DNA of 64,000 nucleotides from assembly GCF_018977255.1 (NCBI RefSeq), contig NW_024704749.1, forward strand, positions 7,564,001 through 7,628,000, in the 5' to 3' direction. The notes under the pieces are model-generated. The model was not told the origin of the DNA, searched no databases, and worked only from the letters and a program-made list of their open reading frames with translations. The stretch's first letter is position 1. The number at the start of each line of letters is the position of its first letter. Source of the DNA: Callorhinchus milii. Its lineage: Eukaryota. This document shows, in pieces, positions 12,840 to 24,616 of the stretch. The position numbers and the translations under genes are program-made.

Positions 12840-13380
12840 CGCTCCAGCCTGAGTGCGCCTCAGTCCGCCTTTCGTAACCACGAGGTGACGGGCGACCAGA
12901 GGAAGGGAATGATAGGCCCCTTTTTAAAAGAAAAAAAAAACCCCCACACACACACACAAAAGGATGAAAAAGAAAGCGCCTCCATATTTACCGCCTCTAC
13001 GGCCTGGAGCGACGCACGCACGCACGCACCGCGCACGCACCGCGCACCGCGCGCGCCGCACGCACGCACGTTACCGGCGCAGTCCGATCAATCGATTCAA
13101 AGCACGATCGACGACGACGTCTCGGCCATCCGTTTCCAGGCCAATAGAGGTGGGGGAGGGGAGGAGGAGGAGAGGGTGTGTGGGGGGGGGGAATTGTTTA
13201 GTCGCCATGGTTACGCCTCCCCCCTCCCCATCCCTTGCCACCTGGGGAGCCACAGCCAAGTCTTTTCTCCCTTCTCCAGCACACGGAGGAGACCCGCGCC
13301 GGACCTGCCGCCGTCCGGCCAGCACCGCCCCACCGGCACCAATGGCAGGGAGAGGAATTTAAGAGTGAGAACGGTTGCAA
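12840..13380 (-). promoter_or_regulatory. CpG island, probable ANAPC5 promoter and non-coding exon 1
   Basis: CpG-rich. Minus-strand donor CCG|GTAACG at 13075/13074, CHR-like TTTGAA at 13096-13101, CCAAT at 13141-13145, RFX X-box-like GTCGCCATGGTTAC at 13201-13214. The ATG exon has an upstream acceptor (ttgttttttctgacag, exon edge 11704). Confidence 0.65.
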
Positions 13381-14197
13381 ACCTGTTTAATCAATAATGG
13401 GTTGCTGTAGACCTTTCAGAGTGAGAGACTCCTTTAAGTTAGCTCGGTGTTGATTGCGTTATCAATGGCAAAATGATGCTCACAGTTCATTACAGACGAC
13501 GACGACAACAACAACAACAACAACAAATCGCACGTATATGGCGCTTTTCGTGTTGGGAGGACGTCCCAAGGCATTTCGATTGCATACTGCGTTTGTCAAG
13601 TGGGCAAATCCGACAGCCAATTTGTACGCAGCAAAGTCCCACAAACGAGTCATGAGGGTGTACAACCGATTATTTAAAGGGCTGTCAGCCAAGACACTGG
13701 GAGAAATTCCCTTCTCTTTTCAATGGTATCTTTAACAACCATCTAAACAGGCAGACTTTATTTTATTGTCTCATCTGAAAGGTGGGAGGCGCCACTGACA
13801 AAACCGAGAGGCCTTTGTGTATGGGCCAAGACTATGAGTGCCCTGGCTTTTTGTTTAAGGAGTAATTTTGTTATTTAATAGCACTGTCGTAAAATGAGAA
13901 ATTTAAAACATGACTGTGCTTTAGCGAATATATGGTTAGTTTTGCAGTCCCTTTTTATTTTTGTGCAGATCTAGGATTTTGATGTGCATAGGAGTAGGTG
14001 GAGATGATTCATTGGCATTTGACTTTAGGTATACCCAGTAAAATCTTAAAATTAGATCACCATAAAAACTGATGTTTGCCTCAGTCGCCTTGGCAAATAT
14101 AGATCAGCAGACTGGGATCAGACAGGGATTTGAACCTGCAACCTTCTGGCCTGATCGGTCCAGTGCTGTACCAAACAGTGCCTTTGCCAGCTGAGGC

Positions 14198-14597
14198 AAC
14201 AATAACAACAACAACAACAAAAAGATTGCATTTATAGAGCGCCTTTCACGTCGGGAGGACATCCCAAGGCACTGGACAGTTGGGTCGGGACCCGAGCATT
14301 GGGGGGAAATGGTCAGGGTGAGGCGAGGGAAGGGAGGGAGCGAGAAGGGGAGGGAAGGGAGGGAGCGAGAAGGGGAGGGAAGGGAGGGAGCGAGAAGGGG
14401 AGGGAAGGGAGGGAGCGAGAAGGGGAGGGAAGGGAGGGAGCGAGAAGGGGAGGGAAGGGAGGGAGCGAGAAGGGGAGGGAAGGGAGGGAGCGAGGAGGGG
14501 GTAGAGAGTCGAGAGGGGAGCTGAAGGCACGGTTGAAGAGAAAGGTCTTGAGACCGGCCTTGAAGGAGGAAAGGGAGGAAGCGAGGCGAAAGCGCTT
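14198..14597 (-). mobile_element. L2 3' fragment containing an expanded ~26-bp purine-rich tandem repeat (14325-14495)
   Basis: Same tail as 44728-44960. The unit gggaagggagggagcgagaagggga occurs ~6.5 times here and once in the longer copy. Confidence 0.8.
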
Positions 14598-14809
14598 GGT
14601 TAGGGTTAGCATTCTTTCGCTTGAATTATATACATTGACACCGCTGGGCGCAATTGGCTGCTGCGTTTCACCCGCAAAATACAGTCAATCCACTTTGCAA
14701 TATATTCTGTGAAACGCTTTGAGACGTCCCAACTATGTGATAAGGCGCCATATCAAATGTAAGGATTATTATTATTATTATTATTATTATTGTGTTCTTC
14801 CATTGCCCC

Positions 14810-15640
14810 CACAGTGCGGCGCAAATCCCGCCCCCGACCCCCATCGTCCCGCCCACGTCAAGGGGGAGCGTCATCTTCGGGCCGGCGCTGAGACAATGAT
14901 TGATAACGCGGCTGACCAATGGGAGGGCGGGGGGCGCGGCGGGTCTAGTCCTGATTGACACAGCGATTGACCAATCGGTGGTGGAACACGCCCCTCCCCC
15001 TTTTAATGGCTGATTGGCATCTAGACTGACCAATGGGGAGCTCCGTCGCATGGTCCGCCCACCCTCTGAGCGCTGACTGACAGCCGGGACGGGACGGGCT
15101 GAGCGAGCGAGCGAGCGAGCGCCGCGATCTGACAGGAGTCCCGGTGCTCGGGGAGCCTTTCAGTCTCGTTGCTTACCGGCGGCGGCGGCTCCTGTCATGT
15201 CCGCGCGCTTTGGGGACGCGGCCGGCGGACGACTGTCATGAAGGTACTTTTTTTTTAAAAAAAAGAAAGAGAAGGGGGTCGGTGGGTGGAGAGAAAGGGG
15301 GGAAAAAAAAGGGAGCGCGAGCTCGGCGGGAGAGAGAGGCGCTTCCAGAAGCTTCCAGAAGCCTAACGCGGAGGGCAGGGGTGGGAGCCGCGAGAGAGAG
15401 AGAGAGGAGAGAGACCGCACCCCGGGGGTGGTGGGGCCTCCGGGCACCCGGGGGACGAGGCCTGGGAGGGAGGGAGGGAGGGGATAAAGCCGCCGAGTTT
15501 GACGCCCTGTTCCCGCGGCAGCTTCACAACCCGCCTCCTCCTCCTCCTCGGCCTCAAAGCGCCGGGGTCTGGTTGCTGGCGAGGCCGTGTCGTCAGCGGT
15601 GAAATTGGGGCTGTGACCAGCTCTTGAGGGCGGCCTCTGA
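14810..15640 (+). promoter_or_regulatory. RNF34 CpG-island promoter: CCAAT/ATTG box array (14897-15035), GC boxes, intronic HSE (15342-15361)
   Basis: Alternating tgattg/ccaat boxes; cTTCc-aGAAg-cTTCc-aGAAg is a perfect 4-unit heat-shock element. Confidence 0.75.
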
Positions 15641-18600
15641 CCTCGGGGGTGACCCCCCACACACACACACACCCCCACCCACTCTGAAGGGAACAGATCA
15701 CGTTTTCGTCGACATCGATGCGTTTGATGCAGTTCCTCCTGTGATGGAAACGCCTCAAAGCCCTTCACCTGTCATGTGGGGTGACTTGTTTTGTAAATGG
15801 GGGGGGGAATCTATTTGCTCACATTTTCTGGCCTCAATGTTCCTCTACCCTGGTCACTGTTAGTCATCGGCTGTAGTCCTTTCTGTTAAGGAGAATTATA
15901 ATAATCCTCGCATTTGATATAGCGCCTTATCACGTCATTGAGGCATCTCAAAGCGGTTCGCAGAACTGTATGCTTAAGAGCGGAGTGACTGTTTTGGGTT
16001 TCGGAATCTGCGTTTTCTCGCTCGCTTCCTTCCTGGCCCCGTTGTCGCCTCGCCACGGACGCTCACCCACTGTCCCCCTTGGGATTGTGTGTTTGTGTCG
16101 GATGCGCTCATCGCCCAACTTTGGAACCGACCCTTACCAGTGCCAGTGGATTGCTGGTACACTGCACCGCTGGTGATTGTGCATCTGGGATAGTAGCTGA
16201 TTATTTGACTGGGTGGGTGGGGGGGGGGGGGGGGGGTGATAGTGAGGGTATCAGATCAGAGACTCAACAGGAATTACAGGAGAGAGATCAGGAGTAACAT
16301 TCCAGACCGCTTTCCTTCCCTAATGAAGGGATGCTTCTCCAGTTGTAATTCCTCCTATTGCTGGCTTCAGTTGCAAGCTGCCAACTCAGCACAGATCGGC
16401 AACCTGGCATCCTGCTAGTCTGTATGGCTCATTACCTCACTTGAAAAATGTGATACCTGCCGAGACATCATTGGAAACTTGTTATTCTTTCTGCTGATGG
16501 CTCCCCAGTGTATTCTTTCAGCAAGAAGGGAATATTGTCTTGGTTGTAAATTTTCCATTTCAAGCTGATCTCCATTTGGCTCAGGTGCAGTCTTGGCTTT
16601 TTGTCCTATTGTTCCTTTTTAATTATGGATTGTAATGGCAATTACATTAGAAGGTCTGATGGATAACTTTCCCCTCATATTAAAAGAAAGTCTTCAGGCT
16701 GCAGGCCCTTCCTCTAATATCCCCAAATTAGCTTTTTTTGAAGGTAGATAGTAAAATTGTTCCCAAATAACTTCACCTGTAAACAGTTGCTAGATAGATA
16801 ATAGGTAGTGTAATAATACATTTCAGGAGTCCTGTAGCTCAGTGGTTAGAGCACTGGCCTCGCAAGCGAGAGATCTGGGTTTGATTCCTGGCAGGACGAA
16901 ATCTTGGGCAAATTTCCTTTTTACACACATGATGATAATCTCTCAAGAAAAATAATAATAAAATTGGTCACTTCAATCCACAACTGTTTGTGGGACACTG
17001 CTGTGCACAATTGGCTGCCATGTTTTGTCCACAAATATACAGTCAATTCACATCACAGTATATTCTGTGCAGCGCTTTGAGACGTCTAGAAGACATGAAA
17101 AGCGCTATATCAAATGCAAGGATTATATTACTATTTATATACCCAACATTAACATTAACGTTTCGCACACAAATTACACAATCAATCTATTTTACGGTAT
17201 ATCCTGTGAAGCGCTTTGAGACGTCTCGATGATGCGATAAGGTGCTATATCAAATACAGGGATTATTATTATAAAATGACTTATCCACTGTTCTGGGAAT
17301 CATTTAGTTTGCAGGATTAGGATATTGATGTAAGATGTATCAGTAGTGGGTATCAAATAATTGATGGTAAATAGATATTTGGCTAAATTTAAATGACTAT
17401 GATTTCATTGTACTGTTTTTGCTACATCTCAGATATACAGTGCAATGTTGAATATGAAAAGTAAAGCAACATACAAGTTGAAAGTTATTTGACTTCCCTT
17501 CTCTAAATAATGTTTAAAGGAAAATGGAGTGCTTTCTATATTAAGAACATGACTAAACTGTTTTGACTGCTGGTAAAACCTGCTCATGTTTCGAGACTCC
17601 ACTTACCTCAAAGGAAATTGGGTCCTTGAGTCTGGTCTAAGAGTTGACTGTGAGCCATTCAACCCTGTGAAGGCCCAAAGCCCATAAGTATGCTCTAACA
17701 CCTGGGAGGGATCGTCTTCACTTTCCCAGGGATGTCGGTGCTGGATTGGCCCTCATGTCTGTCTTTAGAGATCACTCTCCTCCTCTAAAGTAAATGACAC
17801 TGTGCTGAGTAGTATGTCCAACCCCGATCATTTGCAGGATGTCAATAATTGAGAATCGTTTAGCAAGTTGAAACATTTGAATATTTTTCCAGTGTAATCC
17901 TGGGATACATTGAATGCAAAGTGTACCTCCAAACTTTGTTTTCCCCCTTTAAGCTTTCTGCTGAGGCCTACTTTGCGTACATTTATATCAGAGAAAGTGC
18001 AACAGCCTTAAATGTTTGCTCCCTGGTTACCTCAGATGACCTCTTTTGTCACTTGTGTATACTAAGACAAAGAAAGTACCTACAATAATGCCTGCATTCC
18101 TTTAATTTCAAGATTGCATTGCAAGACCTGAAAATATTTATTTCTGCAGTTTAGTACAATTGGAATAGATTAGTAGGATTGTAAATAGCCAGTTGTGTTG
18201 GAAAATGTGGAATTGTGCTTTCATTCCCACCATTATCCTTTTCTTCTCCTTCTATTTGTTGCTGCAGTGAGGTAACAGAATTCACCGATGGCTTCTCATT
18301 TCGTTCAACATCGAGTGGTAGACTGTGAAGCATTCTTTTGCAGCAAAGAACACAGTTGAGTAAATGTATGTGAATCTGTTGTGTAGGCAGGAGCATCATC
18401 GATGTGGGCTTCGTGTTGTGGTCTGCTGAATGAAGTAATGGGGACTGGAGCGGTGCGTGGGCAGCAGCCAGGGTTCAGTGGAGCAACGGGGCCATTCAGA
18501 TTCGCTCGTAACGCAGGCTATTCTTCATATCCCTCCCCAACACCAGGAGTTCCTAATCTAGTCTGCAAAAGCTGCGGGCAAGCCTTCTCCGTCTTTAGAA

Positions 18601-21600
18601 AGAAGGTGAGTTTGGTTATCGTTACAAAAGTACTCGTTGAAAAATAAAATTGTCTTTCTGCATTAAGTTGTGGGGCGGGGGGTGGGGGGGGGAGAGAAGA
18701 AGTAGCTTGAGTTGATAGATGGATCTGTCTCTGTAGGTATGGTGAATCTTGATACGGACTATATAAAGACTTCACTGAAAATATTTTTAATATCTCTATT
18801 TGTTCCCTCGCCTCCCCTTTCTGGTGTAATTAAACATTTTAGCAGTTTACTAAACTGGGTATCGGTTTACGCGCACATTGATGATGTGCCAGATGTTTTT
18901 TAAAAAGAAAAAAAACTTAATTGTTTTCAGTTCTTTGTCTAAAAGCACCTGTTGGAATTCTGTGTGGATATTCTCAACTAGATTTATTCATGTTATTCTA
19001 AAATTCAAGCACTTTACAGTTTTGAACGCATTGTCAGCTTTGAGCGTGATTTAAAAAAAAATGCATTTGTTGTTTGAAGTGTGATAACATTAGGGGAAAG
19101 CTGACATACTGTGTGTTACTTAAAGCAATATTTATTGGTGAAAAAGTGAAATAAACAATTTGGGGGAAGTGCTTACCTGGCTTCAATTAACTTAACTCTA
19201 GTTTAATTTTTAACATGAAGACTGGAGTGAAGTACTGTGGAGTACATGGTTTATCAAGGACAAATGCAGTGATTTTACTCTTTTACTAGAGTGGCCAGCA
19301 GTTAGTAATGTTCTTGTAGCTGCAATAACCAGTAATTCTGTATCTGTGTTTCTGCACGTATTTCTCATTTCTATCTGACTTCTTTGTAGCCAGAGACAGT
19401 ATGTACAAGTGAAACAAATTATTACTATTCTTCACAGATACGCAAAAATTACTTTCCCGTAGTTAAACACCACTCATTATATGAGGCATAACCATCAGCA
19501 ATGTAATTCCAGTAAATTTTAAAGAGCCTGGAGAGAATTATGAGGTACTTTTGTACCCTATTTAACCATGCCAGCAACTTCACAGCTCTGAATCCATGCC
19601 AGCAACTTCACAGCTCTGAATCCTCTCCACAAAGGGTGATGGATTAGTCAATAATCCACATTTGAATCAGTTTTCCACGTTTTTGGTTTGGGGCGACTGT
19701 TTGCCTAAAAACGGTCACTGTAATTAACAATTTGCTATAAAGTGCGACACTTTGACATGATAATGTACTAAAAATACAATTTTGCTTTCTTTCTACAACT
19801 ATAAATTTGAATTATGATGAATATAAAACTATGAATCAAGCAACTATTGTTTTAGTAAACTACTTTTATAAAACTCCACTGTCTTTATACTCAAAAGAAT
19901 TGCGGGGAATTGTCTGCTTATTACTTTAATGATTTAGTTGCATTCGAGAATAACTGAGTAATATGAATTTAAGGGATACTTGATATTTACTTGATATACA
20001 TTTATATACTGAAGCTAACTTAGAATAAAGGAAGAGTAACGTTATCAAGTGCCTAAAGAGAACTGTTTCTTCTCGCTTTGCCAGTATGTATGTAAAGACT
20101 GCAAGAAGAATTTCTGTTCGTTCTGCTCAGTACTGCAAGAGAATCTACGAAGATGCTGCACATGTCAGCTGCTGCAACAGACTGCGTTCCAGCGGAGCGA
20201 GTTAATGAAGCTAAAGGTGAAGGATCTGCGTCAATATCTCAGCCTAAGGAACATCTCCACAGACACATGTCGGGAAAAGGAGGACTTGGTAGATCTAGTA
20301 TTGGGCCATTATGGATCGGGTGAGGATAGCATGGACATTGAGAGTATAGACTCCTCGAGATCGCAGAGTTCACAATTACCTACCAATCCTTCAGCATCCC
20401 CAGCCCCACCCTCTCAGGAGACAGCCTCCAGCAGAAGGCCCAGTTCAGGAACTACACAAGTGCAGCAGGTACAGTATTATTATTATTTCCAAATATTATA
20501 AGTTCCTTATTTTCCAAAAATTCTTAAGAGGGATTTTAAATCCCTTTTGTTTTAGGCTGATACTTCTTGATAAGGCGCTGTGTTGAATGCAAGGATTATT
20601 ATTATTATTTTATAATGGATTTTGCTCACTAGGTGTTTGAGAAGCAATTGGTACCAATTCATTCAAATTTCCTTTTTGTGCCTTTCAAACTATACTACTG
20701 TACCATCAGCAGCCAAATGGAGTTTGACTATTCAGCCCTTAAATCGATTGTACATTCAAGCCTATGCAAAATCCGGTGTTCCTGCATCAGTAGCACTCCT
20801 AATAAATTGGCCGTTTTCCCACAATCGCATCAAGTTCTTCACTCTTTTAAGAATTGTCTCAATGCCGTAATGGATGGGATTCCGTCCAGAATGATATCAT
20901 CAAATGGGGCTGAATGAAGAGTTCTCTTCACCTCACATTGATCCAATATGTACAGCGCTATATAAGTGCAAGTTATTGATGTACTTTCTCAGAATGACAA
21001 TTACACTTGCTTTTTTCTGTCAAACTGCACACACAATTTGGAAGCAAATCAGCAATGAGGAAACTAACCCGATGTGGTTTGTGAAAGCTACTGAAGAGAT
21101 GCACACAGCTTGAAGAATCATCTTTCTTATTAATCGTGTTTGTTTCTCGCAGGTAAACGATCCCAGTCCTGACATCCCTCCAAAACGAACACGAGCCTCA
21201 TTGTCGGACCTGTCCAGTATTAACGACATTGAGGAGCTGACTGTACGTCAGCTGAAGGAAATCCTGGCTCGCAATTTTGTCAACTACTCGGGTTGCTGTG
21301 AAAAATGGGAATTGGTGGAACGAGTAAGCAGGTTATACAAAGAGACAGAAGAAAACCGCAAGGCGTGTAAGTCTGCTTTTACAAGCTGAAATGTGTTATG
21401 ATGAGAAGTACATTTTTTAATTCGTTTTTGTTTTTTTAAAAAAAAATTATTTATTTTCCAGTGGAAAACGGAAACAACCCAGAGGCAGCGACTGGTAAGT
21501 TCCCGGCCATTTTGCTGTTAGTTACAACAACAACAACAACAAGATTCCATTTATAGAGCGCCTTTCACGTCGGGAGGACGTCCCAAGGCGCTGTTACAAG

Positions 21601-22163
21601 TTACAGTAGGAGTGAGAGTAAAGCTGCTTCACCCCCAAGAGACAGACAGTTCACTTTAAGCATTTTGAGACGTCTTAAAGACCTGATAAGGCGCAATATC
21701 AAATGCAAAGATTATTATATTATAAGTTCCTTATTTTCCCAAAATTCTTAAGAGGGATTTTAAATCCCTTTCATTTTAGGCTGATATTTCTTGATAAGGC
21801 GCTGTGTCGAATGCAAGGATTATTATTATTTTATAATTAAATTAAAATGCACTTAAAAATAAAGGGCGACAAGTTTACACATGATTATAATGAAGACCGC
21901 AGACATTACCTGGAGGAGTGTCTGATTGAGAGCCTTGTTGATGCTCCGCTTGATGTTAGCCGGCCATTTCCCTTTCAGAAGGAGAGAAGATGCAGTTGGG
22001 TAGCGACGAGAACCTGTGCCGGATCTGCATGGACTCAGCGATCGACTGCGTGCTCCTGGAGTGCGGACACATGGTCACCTGCACCAAGTGCGGCAAGAGA
22101 ATGAGCGAGTGCCCCATTTGCCGGCAGTATGTGGTTCGGGCAGTGCACGTCTTCAAGTCTTAA
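15238..22163 (+). CDS. RNF34: E3 ubiquitin-protein ligase RNF34 (FYVE-like, SAP-like and RING domains), 346 aa
   Basis: MK|[27 protein letters not shown]...[48 protein letters not shown]. Exons 15238-15243, 18387-18605, 20085-20468, 21153-21366, 21462-21494, 21979-22163. Sum 1041 nt, in frame. The N-terminus distinguishes it from RFFL. Confidence 0.95.
16826..17130 (+). mobile_element. tRNA-derived SINE with well-preserved A/B boxes; second tail fragment at 17160-17272
   Basis: ggagtcctgTAGCTCAGTGGttagagcactggcctcgcaagcgagagatctgGGTTTGATTCC, followed by the family body and tail. Confidence 0.85.
19566..19622 (+). repeat. Perfect ~28-bp tandem duplication
   Basis: ccatgccagcaacttcacagctctgaat x2. 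Confidence 0.9.
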
Positions 22164-22831
22164 GAACCGAGAGCAGGTCGCATTGCGCATTACCAGAGAT
22201 CTGGCTTTTAACTGATCAGGATGCTTGATAAACCCATGGATTAAAACGAGTCAATGTTATCAGTAACGCCGGTTAATTTTTTTTTATCATTCGGACATTT
22301 GATTTTTTTTGCAGGGAAAAAAAAATGATTTTTAGTCTTACTAACAATTTATCATAGTTGCTTATTGACTGGAAGCCTTACAGAAATCAGTGCACAACAA
22401 AGCTACTTACATTATTAACCTTAAGGTGCATAAAAAACGATCCAAGTTAAATCTGTTTTGACCACTAGAATCGACAGCTAGAACCTGCAACTCAAACGGA
22501 CACATTGCAAAAAAAAGTTGGAAGAAAATTCTATTTTGAACTTTTCGTATAATTTTTATAAGTCTCCTGGAATTTTACTTTTTCAAGGATTAAGTTGGTC
22601 AGTAGCTTAGTCATTGTGCTGTGTATATGTGTGTGTGTGTGCACACATGTGTGCGTGTGAGAGAGAAATCAGCTTTTGACAGAAAGGAGACCCCGTTTGT
22701 GTGACTTCAAGACGTTATCAGTATGTTCGGCTAACAGTTGTATCCATCACAATTTACTCCCTCGCTCCCAACTTACCTTTTTGTATATCTGGAGGTTTTG
22801 AAATTCATTTTATTATTTCTGCCATTTGACT

Positions 22832-22837
22832 AATAAA
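22832..22837 (+). terminator. Probable RNF34 polyA signal (second copy near 35818-35823)
   Basis: AATAAA about 670 nt after the stop codon. Confidence 0.5.
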
Positions 22838-24616
22838 TGAATTGGATTAAATGGAAGCTTAAGTCTTTGCAACAAAAGTGAATTGACGGACACTAAAATC
22901 AGTTCTCAACCTGCTTACCCCTTCCCAATTGTTTACTGGTTTTAATTCACTTGTACCTTTCACTTTTAATTTGGACCCAGGTATTGATGGAAGGTTATAC
23001 ATACAATAAGTGGGAAGGAATAATAATAATAATAAAAAATTGGTCACTTCAATCTACGACTGTTTGTGGGACACTGCTGTGCGCAATTGGCTGCCACATT
23101 TGCCAGCAAAATATAAACTCAATTCACTTTACAGTATATTCTGTGCAGTGCTTTGAGACATCTCAAAGATCTGATAAGGTGCTATATTCAAATGCAAGGA
23201 TTATTTTTATTATAAGAAGAGGCTTTACAAATCAAAAAATCAGACTCATGCTGGTCTGGGTATCAATGGAGCCTATTCAGAATGGACCCAGTATAGCCTG
23301 TGCCAGCAGAACATGGGTCTCGTCAAGAAACTCAATTCAGCAAAATCATTTTTATAATTTTCCTTCCATTTCTTTAAAGCAAGTAAATGTTTGCCTTTTC
23401 TTAATGATACACATCTGTAATTGGACAGAAACTGTAACCTGTTCACTCAATACCTTTAGAGAACTTCCAACACCTACCTGCCAACCCCTCTACGCATAGT
23501 AAAGACCCTACTGCAAAAAGAGAAGAGTTTCTCCCAGTGCTCTGCCCATCAGTGCCTCAAATGTCTATCGAACCACTAAGCTTCGCTCTCAGTACCTGTG
23601 AAGTGCTTTTGACTCGTTGCGAGGCAATAAGGTGCTATCAAAATGGCAGTTCTTTCATTTCGAATAACACTCTCCCATTAGATGTAAAAATAAGAGGGCA
23701 CGCATCGCTGAAGACAAAAGTTTTATACAAAGTCAGCAATGACAAAATGGCAACAGCAATTAAGTGGTAAACCAACATCAGTCACCTAACAGTATTGTGG
23801 CTGCTTCAATGCCCCTTGTTTTGAGAGGCATGCAATGATGGCACATACAAACATCACACAGATCAACCCACATGGTCATTGAAACATGTGTAATTGTACA
23901 GAGATTAAACCACCAGCGAGCGAACGACTGATGGGAAGGAATCTGATATTGTAAGAATGGGAGAATTTGGAAATATTGATTTTTTTTCACAGTACTGTAC
24001 TCTCAATAAAGTAATTTCTGTACAAAAATATTTCTGGATAATGTACGATGGTTAAGAGTGTAGCAAAACAGAACATTATTTATAACCAGGTTGAAATGAC
24101 TCCCAATATACGGTCGGATATGTCCACAATTTTTTTTTTTCGTTTTTAAGACTGCGGCCGGTTTTAAAAAGGAACAAAAAATAAAAATTTACAATGTACA
24201 TGCCCCTAATTGTAATTCGTGCATGGAAATGTTGCGTTCAATCTGTTATTTTCTTCTCCCTCTCGCTTTTCCCTCCGTGTTCGGTCAAACGCTCGTGAAT
24301 GGGTGTGGGTTTCTTCATTTTATATATATATATATATATATAATATATATATACAGACACACACACACATTTAAAACATAAAGTTTTGTACTTCGGAGTG
24401 ATGTTTTTAAGCCAGTAGAAAAGTTTCTGGTTCAAAGTAAGCAGCTTCTGTTGCTGAACAGTGTTTTCAATCTCTCCGCTCCACCAGCCCAATCCAGGCT
24501 TTTCCTGTGTTTGAAGCGGAAGCTGGGAGTAATTAAATGACAGGGAGCAGAACGTCCGATGTCCCTCCTTCACGGACACAAGTCTCCAAGTGTCCCTTCA
24601 ACTGGGTTTCCTGCAG

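Noticed and set aside
16826-16900. tRNA-like sequence with A and B boxes
   Set aside because: It runs directly into the SINE body and tail and has many degenerate copies, so it is a SINE head, not a tRNA gene.
17695-17805. Two adjacent hairpins ending near ACA in RNF34 intron 1 (H/ACA snoRNA?)
   Set aside because: No ANANNA H box in the hinge. Cannot be supported without a covariance-model search.
22951-23499. 182-aa ORF repeated at 35938-36486
   Set aside because: Non-ATG start, spans a SINE fragment, and recurs only because of the segmental duplication.
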